A stretch of DNA of 64,000 nucleotides from Antedon mediterranea. Taxonomy: Eukaryota > Animalia > Echinodermata. The DNA is taken from contig NC_092672.1 of the NCBI RefSeq assembly GCF_964355755.1, forward strand, positions 27,534,437 to 27,598,436, given 5' to 3'. Below the pieces are notes generated by a model. It saw nothing but the letters and a program-made list of their open reading frames with translations, searched no databases and was not told where the DNA came from. Below, one piece after another: positions 36,801 through 47,835 of the stretch. The position numbers and the translations under genes are program-made. The first letter of the stretch is position 1; every line of letters begins with the position of its first letter.

Positions 36801-39800
36801 ATCTCTTGGCACAAGAGGATCTTCTTTGTTCTTTTGATACAGCTAACATAAAAGAATGTAATATAAAGTAAATAAGTTTAGATAATTCTAAAGTGTCCTG
36901 TATTCATTCAAAACATAGGGGAATTAGCTGTTGGAGGTAGGTCTCTTGAATTTGAATTGGTTGTTGTTTTTTTGGCAGTTGGTGAGGATTGATCTGATTG
37001 GTTGAGCATTCAATTATTTCCCTGTTTACCATTCAAAATCTCTTCCTGAATGCTACCAATGATCTTAGCATTCACACTACCATTCAACATATCTCCCTGA
37101 ATGCTACCAATGTTCTTAGCATTCACACTACCATTCAAAATATCTCCCTGAATGCTACCAATTTTCTTAGCATTCACAATACCATTCAGAATATCTCCCT
37201 GAATGCTCAGTACCAATGATCTTGGCATTCACACTATCATTCAAAATCTCTTCCTGAATGCTACCAATGATCTTAGCATTCACACTACCGTTCAAAATAT
37301 CTCCCTCAATGCTACCAATGAACTTAGCATTCACACTACCATTCAGAATATCTCCCTGAATGCTACCAATGATCTTGGCATTCACACTACCATTCAAAAT
37401 CTCTTCCTGAATGCTACCAATGATCTTAGCATTCACACTACCATTCAAAATATCTCCCTGAATGCTACCAATGAACTTAGCATTCACACTACCATTCGGG
37501 ATAGCTTCTGAATGCTTATTGACTCTTGTAAAATTTTCTTAGCATTCCGATTAAGTGGTTTTAACCATGAATGCCTAAATTCTAAAAATTACCTGTAAAT
37601 TAGCATTTGAATGCCTAGTGAATGGTTAGCGAAGGCTATTTAAGCATTCTCCTTTGGTAAGGGAACTATACCTAGCCTCAGCATTATGTGGTGTGACCGG
37701 TTTCTTTCCACCACATTATTCTTATAGGCAATTGAACCCCAATCTTTCTACACCCAGCTACCACCACAATTAAGCTACTACCTATTTTGCATTATGTATA
37801 TATGCAAACCTACAGAGGATGATTAGGGAGCTTCTGATTTGAGACGAACGATGACTGACGACCAAACCATGCATATTATTTCATTATGTGCATCCAGTGT
37901 TTCCTTATTTCCTACACCCTGAAACCTACTATACCTTGCGTATTGTCTCAAGTTCAGTTCCAAAATGATGCAGAATCACTGCATACTTTGCCTCAATGTT
38001 AAGATGTGGAATATTCAGTCTCTCAAATCTGGAATAAAACCCCAACAAAAATTGTATTGTAACGGTTTGTCCATAGGATAGACACAACACTAAAAACTGC
38101 ATGATTCAATGATGTTTAAATGCTCCTTGCAATGTCCAATAAGAGTACACAATAAATAATGATTTATTGCCTACCTAAGGAGGAGATATTTCAACATTTT
38201 AGGTAATTCAGTCAAGTAATACTAATCTAGATCTGTTATTATGGAGGTTGAATTGCTGGACTGCTTCCCATGTGGGTTTCTTCCTTCTTATGTTACCCAT
38301 AACCCACCAATCATGCAGTAGCCTCCTAAGAGGACTGTTCCATAAATAAGGAAAGGGGTGTCAAAGTCTTACTTAGGGGTATCAAATTTTACTACAGTAT
38401 AGTAATCAATATTTAGTATTTTCAATTCAAGACACATATTTAGGGAGAGAATTAATGACTTAAAATGTATTCCATGCTGTCTAAAATTTATTGAGAGAAT
38501 TTTAGGTTTCATAATCATCCCACACCTTCACAGTTTGGAAGGCAGGGAGGACAAGAACCCCTACAATTAGTTAACTAAGAATTGAGCAGTTGCTGGTTTA
38601 GAAGGTCGGCTACTAATCCCAGAGTCCTGAGTTCAAATCCTGTCAGTGTTTTTTCTCATAAAAGAACAAACTACAAGAAAGGTAATAAGACTTTGTGTAG
38701 AGCATATATTGTATATTTGTCCTTGTGATAATTTAAGGGGGAGGCCGCTAAATTATCCACTAGCCTTAACTAGCCCTATGTACCTATTTGGCAGAAAACC
38801 TTTCTCCAAATTGTCATTAAAAAAAAGTATATGAAAATAGATGGAACAACAGCAGTTAAACATTGAACAATTTTTCACTTACCGTCTGAGTAGTACAAGA
38901 GCCTGCACAGATGAGGTTATTTTGCTGAAACAACTGTCCAAGAAGCCTTGAAGCATGTACTGTGGTAAAAAAGATATTTATTGTATTATTAACTGTCCTC
39001 AGTTTAATTGGATGAGACCATGGTTAAAAATCCAATGAATATGTACGGACATCATTGTACACAGTTAAACACTGTATCTTAATGCACTGTTAACTATTCT
39101 TTAAAACCAAAAGGTTGCATTGTATGAATTGTGAAACAAGAGATTTCGTCATTTTTCCCAATAATTTCATTCAAGTTCATGAATAAAACGCTACTAACCT
39201 CTAGATCATAAATAGACTTCTTGAACTCATCATAATCCACGTCAAAGTCAATTTTTCGATGGTCCAATATTTCATAAGGCTTCTTCTTAATGTTGGAGTA
39301 AATGACTTGGAACTTGTTTGCAATTGGATCAATGCCTTCAATACTTGTTGTGGCCAATACAGAGAACACTTCAATTGTATTGACTACGTCTATAATCTAG
39401 AATTAAAGTATACTTTTATAATATGTAAATCAACTATCCTTTCTGATAAAATTCTATAGTTCCTATAGTTTGTGCTTATTAAACAATACTTTTTCTCGCC
39501 CTAGCAAAATGGAATATGAAAGTAAGATTTATAGAAAACCACTTATGTATTAAAAATATGTAAAAATATTCAATCCTTCCCATCATAATCTTTGACTAAT
39601 TTTCAATAGAAAGTGTTTTACTGCAAAAAAGAACTTAGATTAAAAAAGAAAATTAGAATTGAAAATCAATAAATCATTCTATCAATCAATCAATAAATCA
39701 TTCTATCAATCAATCCTGTAACAGTGTAAATCATTCAATAAATAATTCTATCAATCAATCCCTATAAATCAATATATAAATCAATCTATCAATCAATCCC

Positions 39801-42800
39801 TATAAATCAATCAATGCATCATTCCATCAATTAATCCCTGTGAATCATTCAATAAATCTTTCTATCAATCAATCTTGTAAAAGTGCAAATCAATCAATAA
39901 ATTATTCTATTAATCAATCCCTATAAATCAATCAATAAATCATTCTATCAATCCAATCCCTGTAAATCAATCAATAAATCATTCAATCAATAAATGAATT
40001 TATCTAATGTAATAATATGAAAATGATATACCTTCTCGCATCTCTTGCAGAATGCTTCAAATTTACCAAATATGTACATTTCGGAGAACTCAAATGGACG
40101 TTCCCCTGGAATTTCATCAATCCTTTTCTTGGTTCTATGAAAGCTTTTCTGATACTCTTTGTACAGCTGTATGGAAGCCTCAAGCTTGGCAATAAGTGGA
40201 CCACAGCTTTGATCCCAAATACGGTCCATTCCATTATTTGTAATGAAATTCTTACAGGCTGTTACCATTTGGTTGGTGACCTATAGGTAGTAAATAAGTA
40301 ATAAAGAATGTTTGGTACAAAAAATATAATATTGTGACCTTAAGAGTGATTAAATCAACCATTTAGTACACTCAAATGTATTACTGGGTTCAAATAACTG
40401 TCTCACAGAGACATCTGGTAGCTAAGCCATTGACTTAATTCATGTTAAGAGGTGTCCCCTGATCTTAAAACATATATTGCCCCTCTTTCTTTTCACAGAA
40501 AAGTTTCTCCTTAACAGGTCCCCTGAATAATAGGTTTCCTCTCGAAGGAGGGGTTCCACTGTACTTCAAAAAACAAATATATCCAAGATTGGAAGTTTAT
40601 CACAGTGTATAATTCATATACATTTTTATTATATTGTAAAATTGTATTGTACAATAATTGTAAAAAACAGAGAAGGCAAAAGAGAAATGTAATTGAGTAC
40701 ACGATAAATAAATGAACTTAAATTTTACCTTAATGAATAAGGATGTCATTCTCTCTGATGTATTGTAATACTGTGAAATACTGTGTATCATTCGTATAGC
40801 ATTGATGAGGCTGGGAATACATTCAACCATGCCAATCTGAAAATAGTTAGTCAGCTCTGTCTACACTATCAAACTTTGTGTGACAAAAAAATGTGATGTG
40901 CCCATATATGGACATGATGATGTCATATCACTACCATATTTGGTCACATCACACTTTTTTTGTCAAACTAATTTGATAGTGTAGACATAGCTTTACGTTT
41001 AGTATGTAGAACTGAATTGAATTGACATCACTGAGGCTTGGATGAGTACCACAAGTTACATTACATACAGTATGTTTATGAGGTGACTGAGGTGCAGACC
41101 TGTAGCAAATATCATATAATATTAATACAAGACATGTGAATTTGAATTGACATCTTAGATATGAGACAATGGAAGCAAAGATTGCATAGCTTTTCTATAC
41201 AGACCTTTGAAGGCAGGGTGTTAGCAGTTGAAGAAACACACTATATGAGTGAGTGGCCGAGCGGTTAAGACAGTGAAACCGTAATTACCTAGCCATAACA
41301 ACGGCAGGGGTTCGAGGCTCACTCACTCCATGGTTCTGGTGGTAGAACGATTCTTCTTGGATAAGGACTATAAACCGTAGGTCCAGTGTACACATCTGGC
41401 TCGTGTGCACTTTAAAGAACCTAGTACATCTTTCGAGACGAGTAGGGGGTTACCCCGGTATATTAGTACATCACAGCCACTGATCACCAACTGGGCCCTC
41501 TGGGAGACCAGTCATTGACTGAAGAGGTTACCCAGTATAAATATATATTTCAATCAATACAGAGTAATACAAAAAAGTTACACAATAAAAGGTGGCCTAC
41601 ATACTGGATTTGCATGATAAAGTGGCTCACAGAACTTCTCCAATGTATATAGAAACTTCACATTGTCTTTGGCTTCATTGGCGGAATCTGTAACACGACA
41701 GTCAAGTTCCTTCCATATCTATAAATAGAATTTAAAGTAATTGACAAAAATGTTACTACTGTACCTGCTCAATAAGTGCAAATTAAGGTTGGTAGTTCAC
41801 ACTGCTGAATGTGAACAGACAAACTCTGAAACAAACTACAACTGTAAAAAGTTCAACAGTGATTTTTGCAATCAATCATAGCAAATATGTCAGAATGAAC
41901 ATCCCCTCTCAATAAAAAAAATGAAACAGCTCAGACAAAAATTGTGATTCTCACAAAATAGACTTTACTCAATGCTGCTGTGCCTTATACTATAGTCAAG
42001 ACCAGACATAATGGTGGTACAGGTTTAAGATTCCGTCAACCATAGTTCTAGTGGCAAAACAAGTCTGGTTTATATGCATTTAAAGAAACAAGTACATCTT
42101 TCGCTGTAGGATTAGGATTACCTGTGCTTTTGTTCACTTTAAGACACTAAAATCTCTGTGTTGGGCTAAAAACCCAACCATGTTGGATCACAAGAGTGGC
42201 CCCATGTGTCCCAATTGCAGGAAAAGGATCGGAACATAACTGTACCTTAAGGACCTTGCTCTTAGCAGCATTCAAAGTACTGATGACCATCTTGCAGTGT
42301 TTACTCTTGATCTGGTCCATGATGGAATTGAAACGTGCCATCAACAAGCGCCAATGCTCTAGTTCAGCTAAAGGACCAGTATCATCAGCTTCTTTTCTCA
42401 TCTGTTCACTTTCAGTTAAAACCTAAATTATAAAATTTAAGCTTTGTCTACACTATCAAACTTTATGTGACAAAAAATGTGATGTGCCCATAAGGACAAG
42501 ATGCATGATGCCATCACTACCATATTTAAGCATATCACTATAATAGATTGGATGAAATTGATCATATTTCACAGAAAGGTAAGAGAGTAAGAGAATGTTG
42601 ATATAAAGTTTGCGGTACACCACGTATATTAGTTCTGAAAAAAACTATCAATCAATATCGTCCTCAGGCTCAGGAGTAAGAGAAAATATATGTATACAGT
42701 TCTACTATGTGTACATACTACTGTGTAAATAGCAAAACTTTATATATAAACAAAAATAAAAACACACCTAAGCTTTGGGGAAATGTGGAAAATTATGACA

Positions 42801-45800
42801 CCAGTTTGGCTGCCATTGGATCCAAGATGGCAGATCATTTTCAATTCTATTTTAAAATCATTTTGATACTAGCATGGATGTGTTCAAGTAACAAACAAAC
42901 AATAATCAAACAAACTCTTTTAATATCTTTTTGCTGGAAAGAATTTTGTTTATTTAATTTATAAGTAAAACAAAAATAATGACCTGTTCAATCTCTTTAC
43001 ACCAATGGTGTACAAGGTCTTCTAAGATTGCCACAGAATCAGGATTGGCAGCAGCTGATAAGCAATCTCCAGGTGTAGCAAGACTAGTGACATCAAACCC
43101 ATCACAACCATGCAGCTTCACTGCACCAGAAATGCTGGTTTTGGCTCCTGGAATAAAATAGGTACTGTGTAAAAAGGCACACTTATTAAATGGATAATTG
43201 ATTAGGTTTATCTTATAACAAATGATGTTATATCCATGTTACAATTATCATAATAATTCCCATATTGTGAAACAAAAAAAATGTTACATACTTGAGAACT
43301 TTATTGAATCAATCAATTAACATATAACAATAGTAATAATATAGTACAATGATGACTTTCGTAAAAAACATAATAATGAAAATACTATATATAATATTAT
43401 ATGTCCAATATTGGCTACATTAATTATTAATAATGATTAATATTTCTGTTAGTGTTAGTTTCTATAAGTTACTTACTTCTACTAATTTACAAAAAATTGT
43501 TAATAAATGATGTCTCGTTGAAAGAGCAATGACACAGGTTGGTTGTTTAGTTAAAAAAGAGAATTCAACAAATTTGTAATCATATCACTCACCATTAATA
43601 AAGTCAATAAATGTATCAAAAGAATCAAGAAAATTCTGTCTTGTCTTTTTGCCAATAGGTGTTTCTGAAAGAGCTCCCCAATCATCAAGAGCATGTGCTG
43701 CCGGGTTATGCACTTTCATGAGTAGTTGCTGGATAGCAGGAAGAACAGTCAGAGTACCTGCATTGGCACAGCTGAAGTTGCCAAAGTTTACCATCTATTA
43801 GAATAATAAACAAGAAAAGAAGTTTAACAATGAGGTTCTTAGAATTGGAAATGTTGACTGATTTAATAACACTTTCTTGTCTTTTTGTAAGCCTGTTGTA
43901 TTATCAGTTTAAAAAACATTTAAAGACATGTTATTTTTACCAATGTTATGAGAATATGTGAAGCGCCACTGATTATGAGCTTTACATAGATATGGCTGCT
44001 ATCTAAATGTTAATGTTTTAGTTTTATTCATTCCCTGAATGTATATTTATTTAAGAGGTTCCTTGAATATCAACTGGCATTTTTATTTTGAAATTCAAAA
44101 AGAAAAAAATTAATAAATGAAAACAAACTGAACAATCATTGAATAAAATAAATGGATGTGCAATGTACCTGCATGAAGACATTGTACATTATGTGTTAAG
44201 ATCTGGTGTAGTAGGATTTTCATTACAGTAACAACAACAAACATTAAAAAAAAATAATTTAAAGAAAATTGTCCCAACCTCATGAACATTTCTAGGATTA
44301 ATGGCACTGGCCACATCAGACTTGATAAAGTATAGACATCTGCCTGTAAGAGCTTCACAGGTGCCATCAGTCACGATAATACCTTGCATCTTGGTTCCTT
44401 TAGGAAGACCAAGGCTTCTCCCAGAGTCTAAACAAAATATAGTTAATCATCATTTAACTAATTCTGCACAACCCGTCTGACTTTCCCACTAACTACAATC
44501 GTCAAACAGTTTGCACCAAAGTTTACAAAAATAACTGTATAAAGTATAATTGGCAATGGAATAGAATTCATGAGTTGGTTTCATTCAAATATGTTCAGCA
44601 AGAAAATCACTTTTTTCTAGGTGGTCAGTATTTGGGAGATTCCACTGTAGATTATTATTTCATTTCCATGGTTTTATTCTAGCATAGGAATAAGAGTCAA
44701 TTGAGGTCTGTCTCTGTCTCTTTCTATTCATCACTTTAAAAATCTTCCACATTATGTCAAACAAACCCTTTATGTACAAAATTGATTATATACAAATACT
44801 CACCAAAGCCAGGGGGTTCTATTTCTTGGACAAAAAACATCAATACCCTTAAATTATTTTTGTCCAAGAATCTTGAAAACAATTCCATGTGCTATAAATA
44901 GATTTATTAAAAAGAGAAATAAAAAAAGTAATGCAGTTAACATAAAAACACAAAATACATTATAAAATTATTTAATCTGTGTAGGCTTTTTTTTCTTACT
45001 AGTGGATGTAAAAAGTTCTAAATAAGTGGTTGGAAAAAAAATAATTATTGTTGAAGCAGTGGAAAGCAATATATTCTAGGCAGAGGTTGGGATGGCTCAC
45101 ATCACTTGCCAATTACAAAGAGATCCTGGAAGGCCTAGATAGAATATAAGGAAATGGTGTGATGACTTTAAGAGATGCACTAAACCTTCCCTTTAAGCTT
45201 TATACAAGACTGAGAGTAAAATGGTAAGAAAAGCACTTGCAAAGGCCTACCTTGGCTGAATCCAGGACAAATTCCTCTACAGCCTGAGCATCAAAATCTG
45301 TGTTTTGGGCCAATATTTCTATAATGTATTTGTGGGCAGGTGTTAACCCCATTCTTCTTATGTCACGAGCCTCTTTTCCCCTAGCCTACAATACAGATTA
45401 ATACAGTAAACAAATAAACATTGTAAAGTGAAATTTGATTTTGATTTTATTAAAAATAGATTCCAATACATAAATACTGTACAATAGTAGGCCTAGGCCT
45501 CAGTTATGTATGTTTGGAAATTATAAGAAAATAAACATAAGGCCTAGGAATATCATCAGATAATTTATTAATACGGTAAATTAGGCCTATACATTTCTCA
45601 GCAGCCACGACAATGATTCTGATATGATTATTTAAATTATTTAGGGCCTAGGCTAGTTACCTGTCTTTCCCGTATTGTTTCAGCTTGGAATGCTATCATT
45701 GCAATACTCTTTCTCTGAGTGCGAAGACGTGCAGGCAAATTTTGTTTTTTTCCATCGCTATCAACAAAGGATGTTTGGCGGGACTGCATGTTGTCTTTAG

Positions 45801-45804
45801 ACAT
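12888..45804 (-). CDS. DNAH5: Axonemal outer-arm dynein heavy chain (gamma type, DNAH5/DNAH8-like), 5' half: N-terminal tail, linker, AAA1 and start of AAA2; continues beyond the window's left end or is truncated
   Basis: 42 exons read manually (5'->3'): 45661-45804, 45251-45385, 44804-44891, 44279-44427, 43593-43794, 42984-43147, 42246-42422, 41605-41718, 40729-40836, 40032-40280, 39199-39396, 38883-38959, 37935-38028, 36723-36842, 35968-36103, 34884-35071, 32725-32922, 31677-31796, 30375-30543, 29895-30075, 28158-28260, 27611-27791, 26680-26876, 26086-26212, 25671-25906, 25188-25292, 24609-24722, 24185-24486, 23374-23614, 22432-22785, 21701-21864, 21306-21408, 21010-21114, 20456-20617, 19602-19826, 18735-18907, 17974-18152, 17263-17450, 15894-16088, 14442-14576, 13858-14019, 12888-13134. 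Sum 7009 nt with consistent phases. Motifs: [42 protein letters not shown]1 Walker A GPAGTGKT, Walker [10 protein letters not shown]2 [24 protein letters not shown]5 versus DNAH8 cannot be resolved by eye. Confidence 0.95.
14641..15045. repeat. Minisatellite, 8 x 50 bp
   Basis: Unit aactagccatgtgagtgtgaatttcctctggatactgtagtgtgaac(g/a)ca, near-perfect copies every 50 nt. Confidence 0.97.
15144..15340 (+). mobile_element. 5S rRNA-derived SINE (SINE3), family 1, 3'-shortened
   Basis: The head tacggctttaccacgttgaaacaccagttcttgtcagatcaccgaagttaagcgacgttgggcctggttagagcttggatgggagacc follows 5S rRNA; the non-5S body is shared with 26944. Confidence 0.85.
16640..17070 (+). mobile_element. 5'-truncated LINE (L2/CR1-group) ORF2 C-terminus, 3'UTR and (AATA)n tail
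   Basis: L.ERR..F..LP..LR..P.CKT.R..SPVP..IN* fits the C-terminus of L2/Daphne-type RT proteins; T-rich UTR ending aataaataaataaaataaataaat. Confidence 0.6.
17505..17930 (+). mobile_element. 5S rRNA-derived SINE, family 2 (different body)
   Basis: Degenerate 5S head (gttgaaacaccagt..tcagatcaccaaagttaagcaac..ggatgggagacc..tgggaat..gggtgctgta), unrelated body, (accttt)n tail. Confidence 0.7.
20324..20437. mobile_element. ~140-bp PIF/Harbinger-type MITE family, representative copy; others at ~22243-22399, 24003-24142, 24962-25113, 32359-32501, 40853-40991, 42440-42540, 46905-47055, 58161-58282
   Basis: TIR agctctgtctacactatcaaact, core gatgtgcccatat..catatttggg, TTA/TAA flanks (e.g. tta|agctc..gagct|tta). 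Confidence 0.85.
26944..27254 (+). mobile_element. 5S rRNA-derived SINE, family 1, longer copy
   Basis: 5S-like head plus body gcatttgaaat.agcactgctgactc..tatggcagcccctgcatctag as at 15144; ends in a (tcat)n tail. Confidence 0.85.
28362..29878. repeat. Degenerate ~18-bp satellite (aagtagattggttgattg)n, interrupted by a hAT element
   Basis: Repeats at 28362-28779 resume at 29790-29878. Confidence 0.85.
28780..29789. mobile_element. hAT-like non-autonomous element with apparent 5-bp TSD
   Basis: TIRs caggcccgtagccagg and cctggctacggccctg; subterminal cgaaccccc repeats; gattg on both sides. Confidence 0.85.
30845..31160 (+). mobile_element. tRNA-derived SINE with L2-like tail
   Basis: A box gtggcgcagtgtg, B box ggttcgaatcc, core ctctctccacccaggtgtataaatgggtacc, tail aagcgcctttgagc..gcgctatataaat..(tat)n. 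Confidence 0.8.
32979..34429 (+). mobile_element. Intact non-autonomous Helitron (copy C) in a dynein intron
   Basis: A|TCTATATATAAA 5' end; 3' end ctagatggtacgc-gagcgaagcga-gcgtaccatCTAG|T; inserted between A and T with no TSD. Confidence 0.9.
35206..35730. mobile_element. MITE with ~40-bp imperfect TIRs
   Basis: gttttcgcaaccttacgaatacga..aaacggatacg and cgtatccgttttcgtattcgtaagattgcgaaaac. Confidence 0.75.
37028..37497. repeat. Minisatellite, about 9 x 51 bp
   Basis: Unit accattcaaaatatctccctgaatgctaccaatgatcttagcattcacact; seen as a 17-aa periodicity in the ORF track. Confidence 0.95.
39661..39992. repeat. Low-complexity (aatc)-rich satellite
   Basis: Recurrent aatcaatcaataaatcattctatc units. 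Confidence 0.85.
41248..41559 (+). mobile_element. tRNA-derived SINE, family 2, copy 1
   Basis: A box tggccgagcggttaag, B box ggttcgag; near-identical to 50901-51210; degenerate relative at ~53660-53880. Confidence 0.88.
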
Positions 45805-47835
45805 TTTAAAAGTTTTCTGCTGTGGGTAAAATAATATCATTTTTCTTAAAACCCTGGGCTAGCCTAGGCTAGCTAGGCCTGCTTATTATTAATTAGGGGC
45901 AATAGGCTGGAAAAAAACTAAATACGCCCACAGGCCCCAATTGTCATTGTTGACTTGTTGAATGTTGGTGCATTACTAGGCTAGCCTAGCATAGGCCTAC
46001 CTAGGCTAATTATTAATATTATTTATTTATTGCCATCATCATCAAGTTGACGGGTTGATTAAATACATACAGTGACCCTAACGTGTATTTATTCCTTTCT
46101 AGGCCTAACCTAGGCCTAACTAAGGCTTATTTAGCCTAGACCTCTAGGTACTAAAATAAATGTTCTATATTTTAGGCCTAGCCTAGTACTGGGCTGATGG
46201 TGGGCAAAGAGAGGGCCGGAGGCTAGACAGGATGGCTAGCTCTCTCGACCCGCTCCTCGACGACCAAAAAATTCGTCACACCAGGCATGCTTCAAATCAT
46301 CCCGCAGCATCGGCGGACGCTGTTAATAGTAAGTCAATAAATAAAAATGAAATTTACTATTATTATTATTTACTATTAATTCAAATAATATTTGTACATA
46401 CCTAGATAATATAGTGAGCTTTAATTAAGATAAAAAAGCATGTTTTTCCAACATTAAAATAAGGGCTGTGCTAGCCTAGATCAAGCAGCGCGCAGACGAC
46501 TGCAAAATCAAATTCATTTTTTGCCCCTTAATCTCTCTACATGATACGCGCACAACAACCAACCAGACACGTCTATAAAAAACTTCTAACCAATCAACAA
46601 CCGGTTACAATTAATGCGCCCTCTATGTTGAGTAAAATCAAAGATGGTAAAATTACGCACCATTTGTTAAAAAACCTCCTTGCGTGAAATCCTTCCGATC
46701 TAAAAAAACATAGTCCTATAGACATAAAATAAATCGGAACATAATGTCAATGTTACATTTCTTTATTATGTAAAATGTTAAATAAATAAATGTCTAAAAC
46801 ACATACCGGCTTTTAAAAGATAATTTGATATATGAAATTTTGAATTTAGCACTGAAACAATGCATACTGTAATTATGAACTCGAAATAAAGTCAACTCAA
46901 TAAACTATGTCTACACTATCAAACTAGTTTGACAAAAAAGTGCGATGTGGCCTAATTATTATGGTAAAGATATGCCCAAATATGGTGTAGTGATGACATC
47001 ATTATGTCCATATACAATGTTGTCACATAAAGTTTGATAAGTGTAGACACAGAGCTTGAGACCATTCAGCTTTTTATATGCCACTATTTATTTTGGTAAC
47101 GCATTTTCGCCCTGTTTGTTTGTTTTTATTTCTTGCTCATATAGAAATACAATTATACAAAAATGAACATCAAAAGTCGCAGACATAAATACAACAAATT
47201 CGGAACAAAGAAAAGGAAAGAGCAAAGAAAGTCCAAAGACGACAAAAAAAAAACGAGTAGGAGCAAAGGATAACCCTCTACACCCGGAGGTTTGTATCCT
47301 GAGGGGTCCCGAAACATCCGTTTATTCGTTTTTCATAATTGTTTGAAATGGAGAGGATAGACCATTGTAGTAAATACTATACTGAAAATGAATATTAGAC
47401 AAGTTTATTACAAACTGAACTTCTTTGAAAAATTGTTCTGCATTTTATTCGTCACCATTATTTGGGATCACTTTACGAAGATTTTAAAATGATTGTTTTT
47501 ATTGTTTTCTCAAGTCAAGACTACTAAAGACTTTATTGCTAATTTATTTACACTTTTAAATAATTGAGATATTTTTTAGAAGCAATATTAGCCTTTGTGT
47601 TTTTTTGTTTGAAAACAAATGAATTTGAAAAAAATAATGATGTGAATATAATAATCTGAATCAGAACAAAAAAATTACAATCTGCGCATATCTTACGCAA
47701 CTTTCTATGTACGATGGCAAACATCGCTTGTTTCGATGACGACAGCAAAAACGTAACAATTGACCTGCGAGTTAGTTTGCACGTAGTAGTAGAGCATACT
47801 GTGGTTATTTATCGTTTACAATTTTGCTAATTAAA

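Noticed and set aside
36998-37511. Repetitive ORFs on both strands
   Set aside because: Artefact of a 51-bp (multiple of 3) repeat inside a dynein intron.
40420-40565. Tigger-like MITE remnants (also ~15700-15845, ~51380-51530, ~60877)
   Set aside because: Only single ends or degraded pieces are visible; boundaries cannot be supported.
41248-41330. tRNA genes (also 30845, ~38580, 50901)
   Set aside because: A and B boxes are present but there is no clean cloverleaf, and they are followed by SINE bodies and tails.
46400-46700. RFX X-box or FOXJ1 site expected at a ciliary dynein promoter
   Set aside because: No convincing GTTRCCATGGYAAC-type match seen. The X-box-like gttgccatgcaaaac at ~35643 lies inside a MITE.
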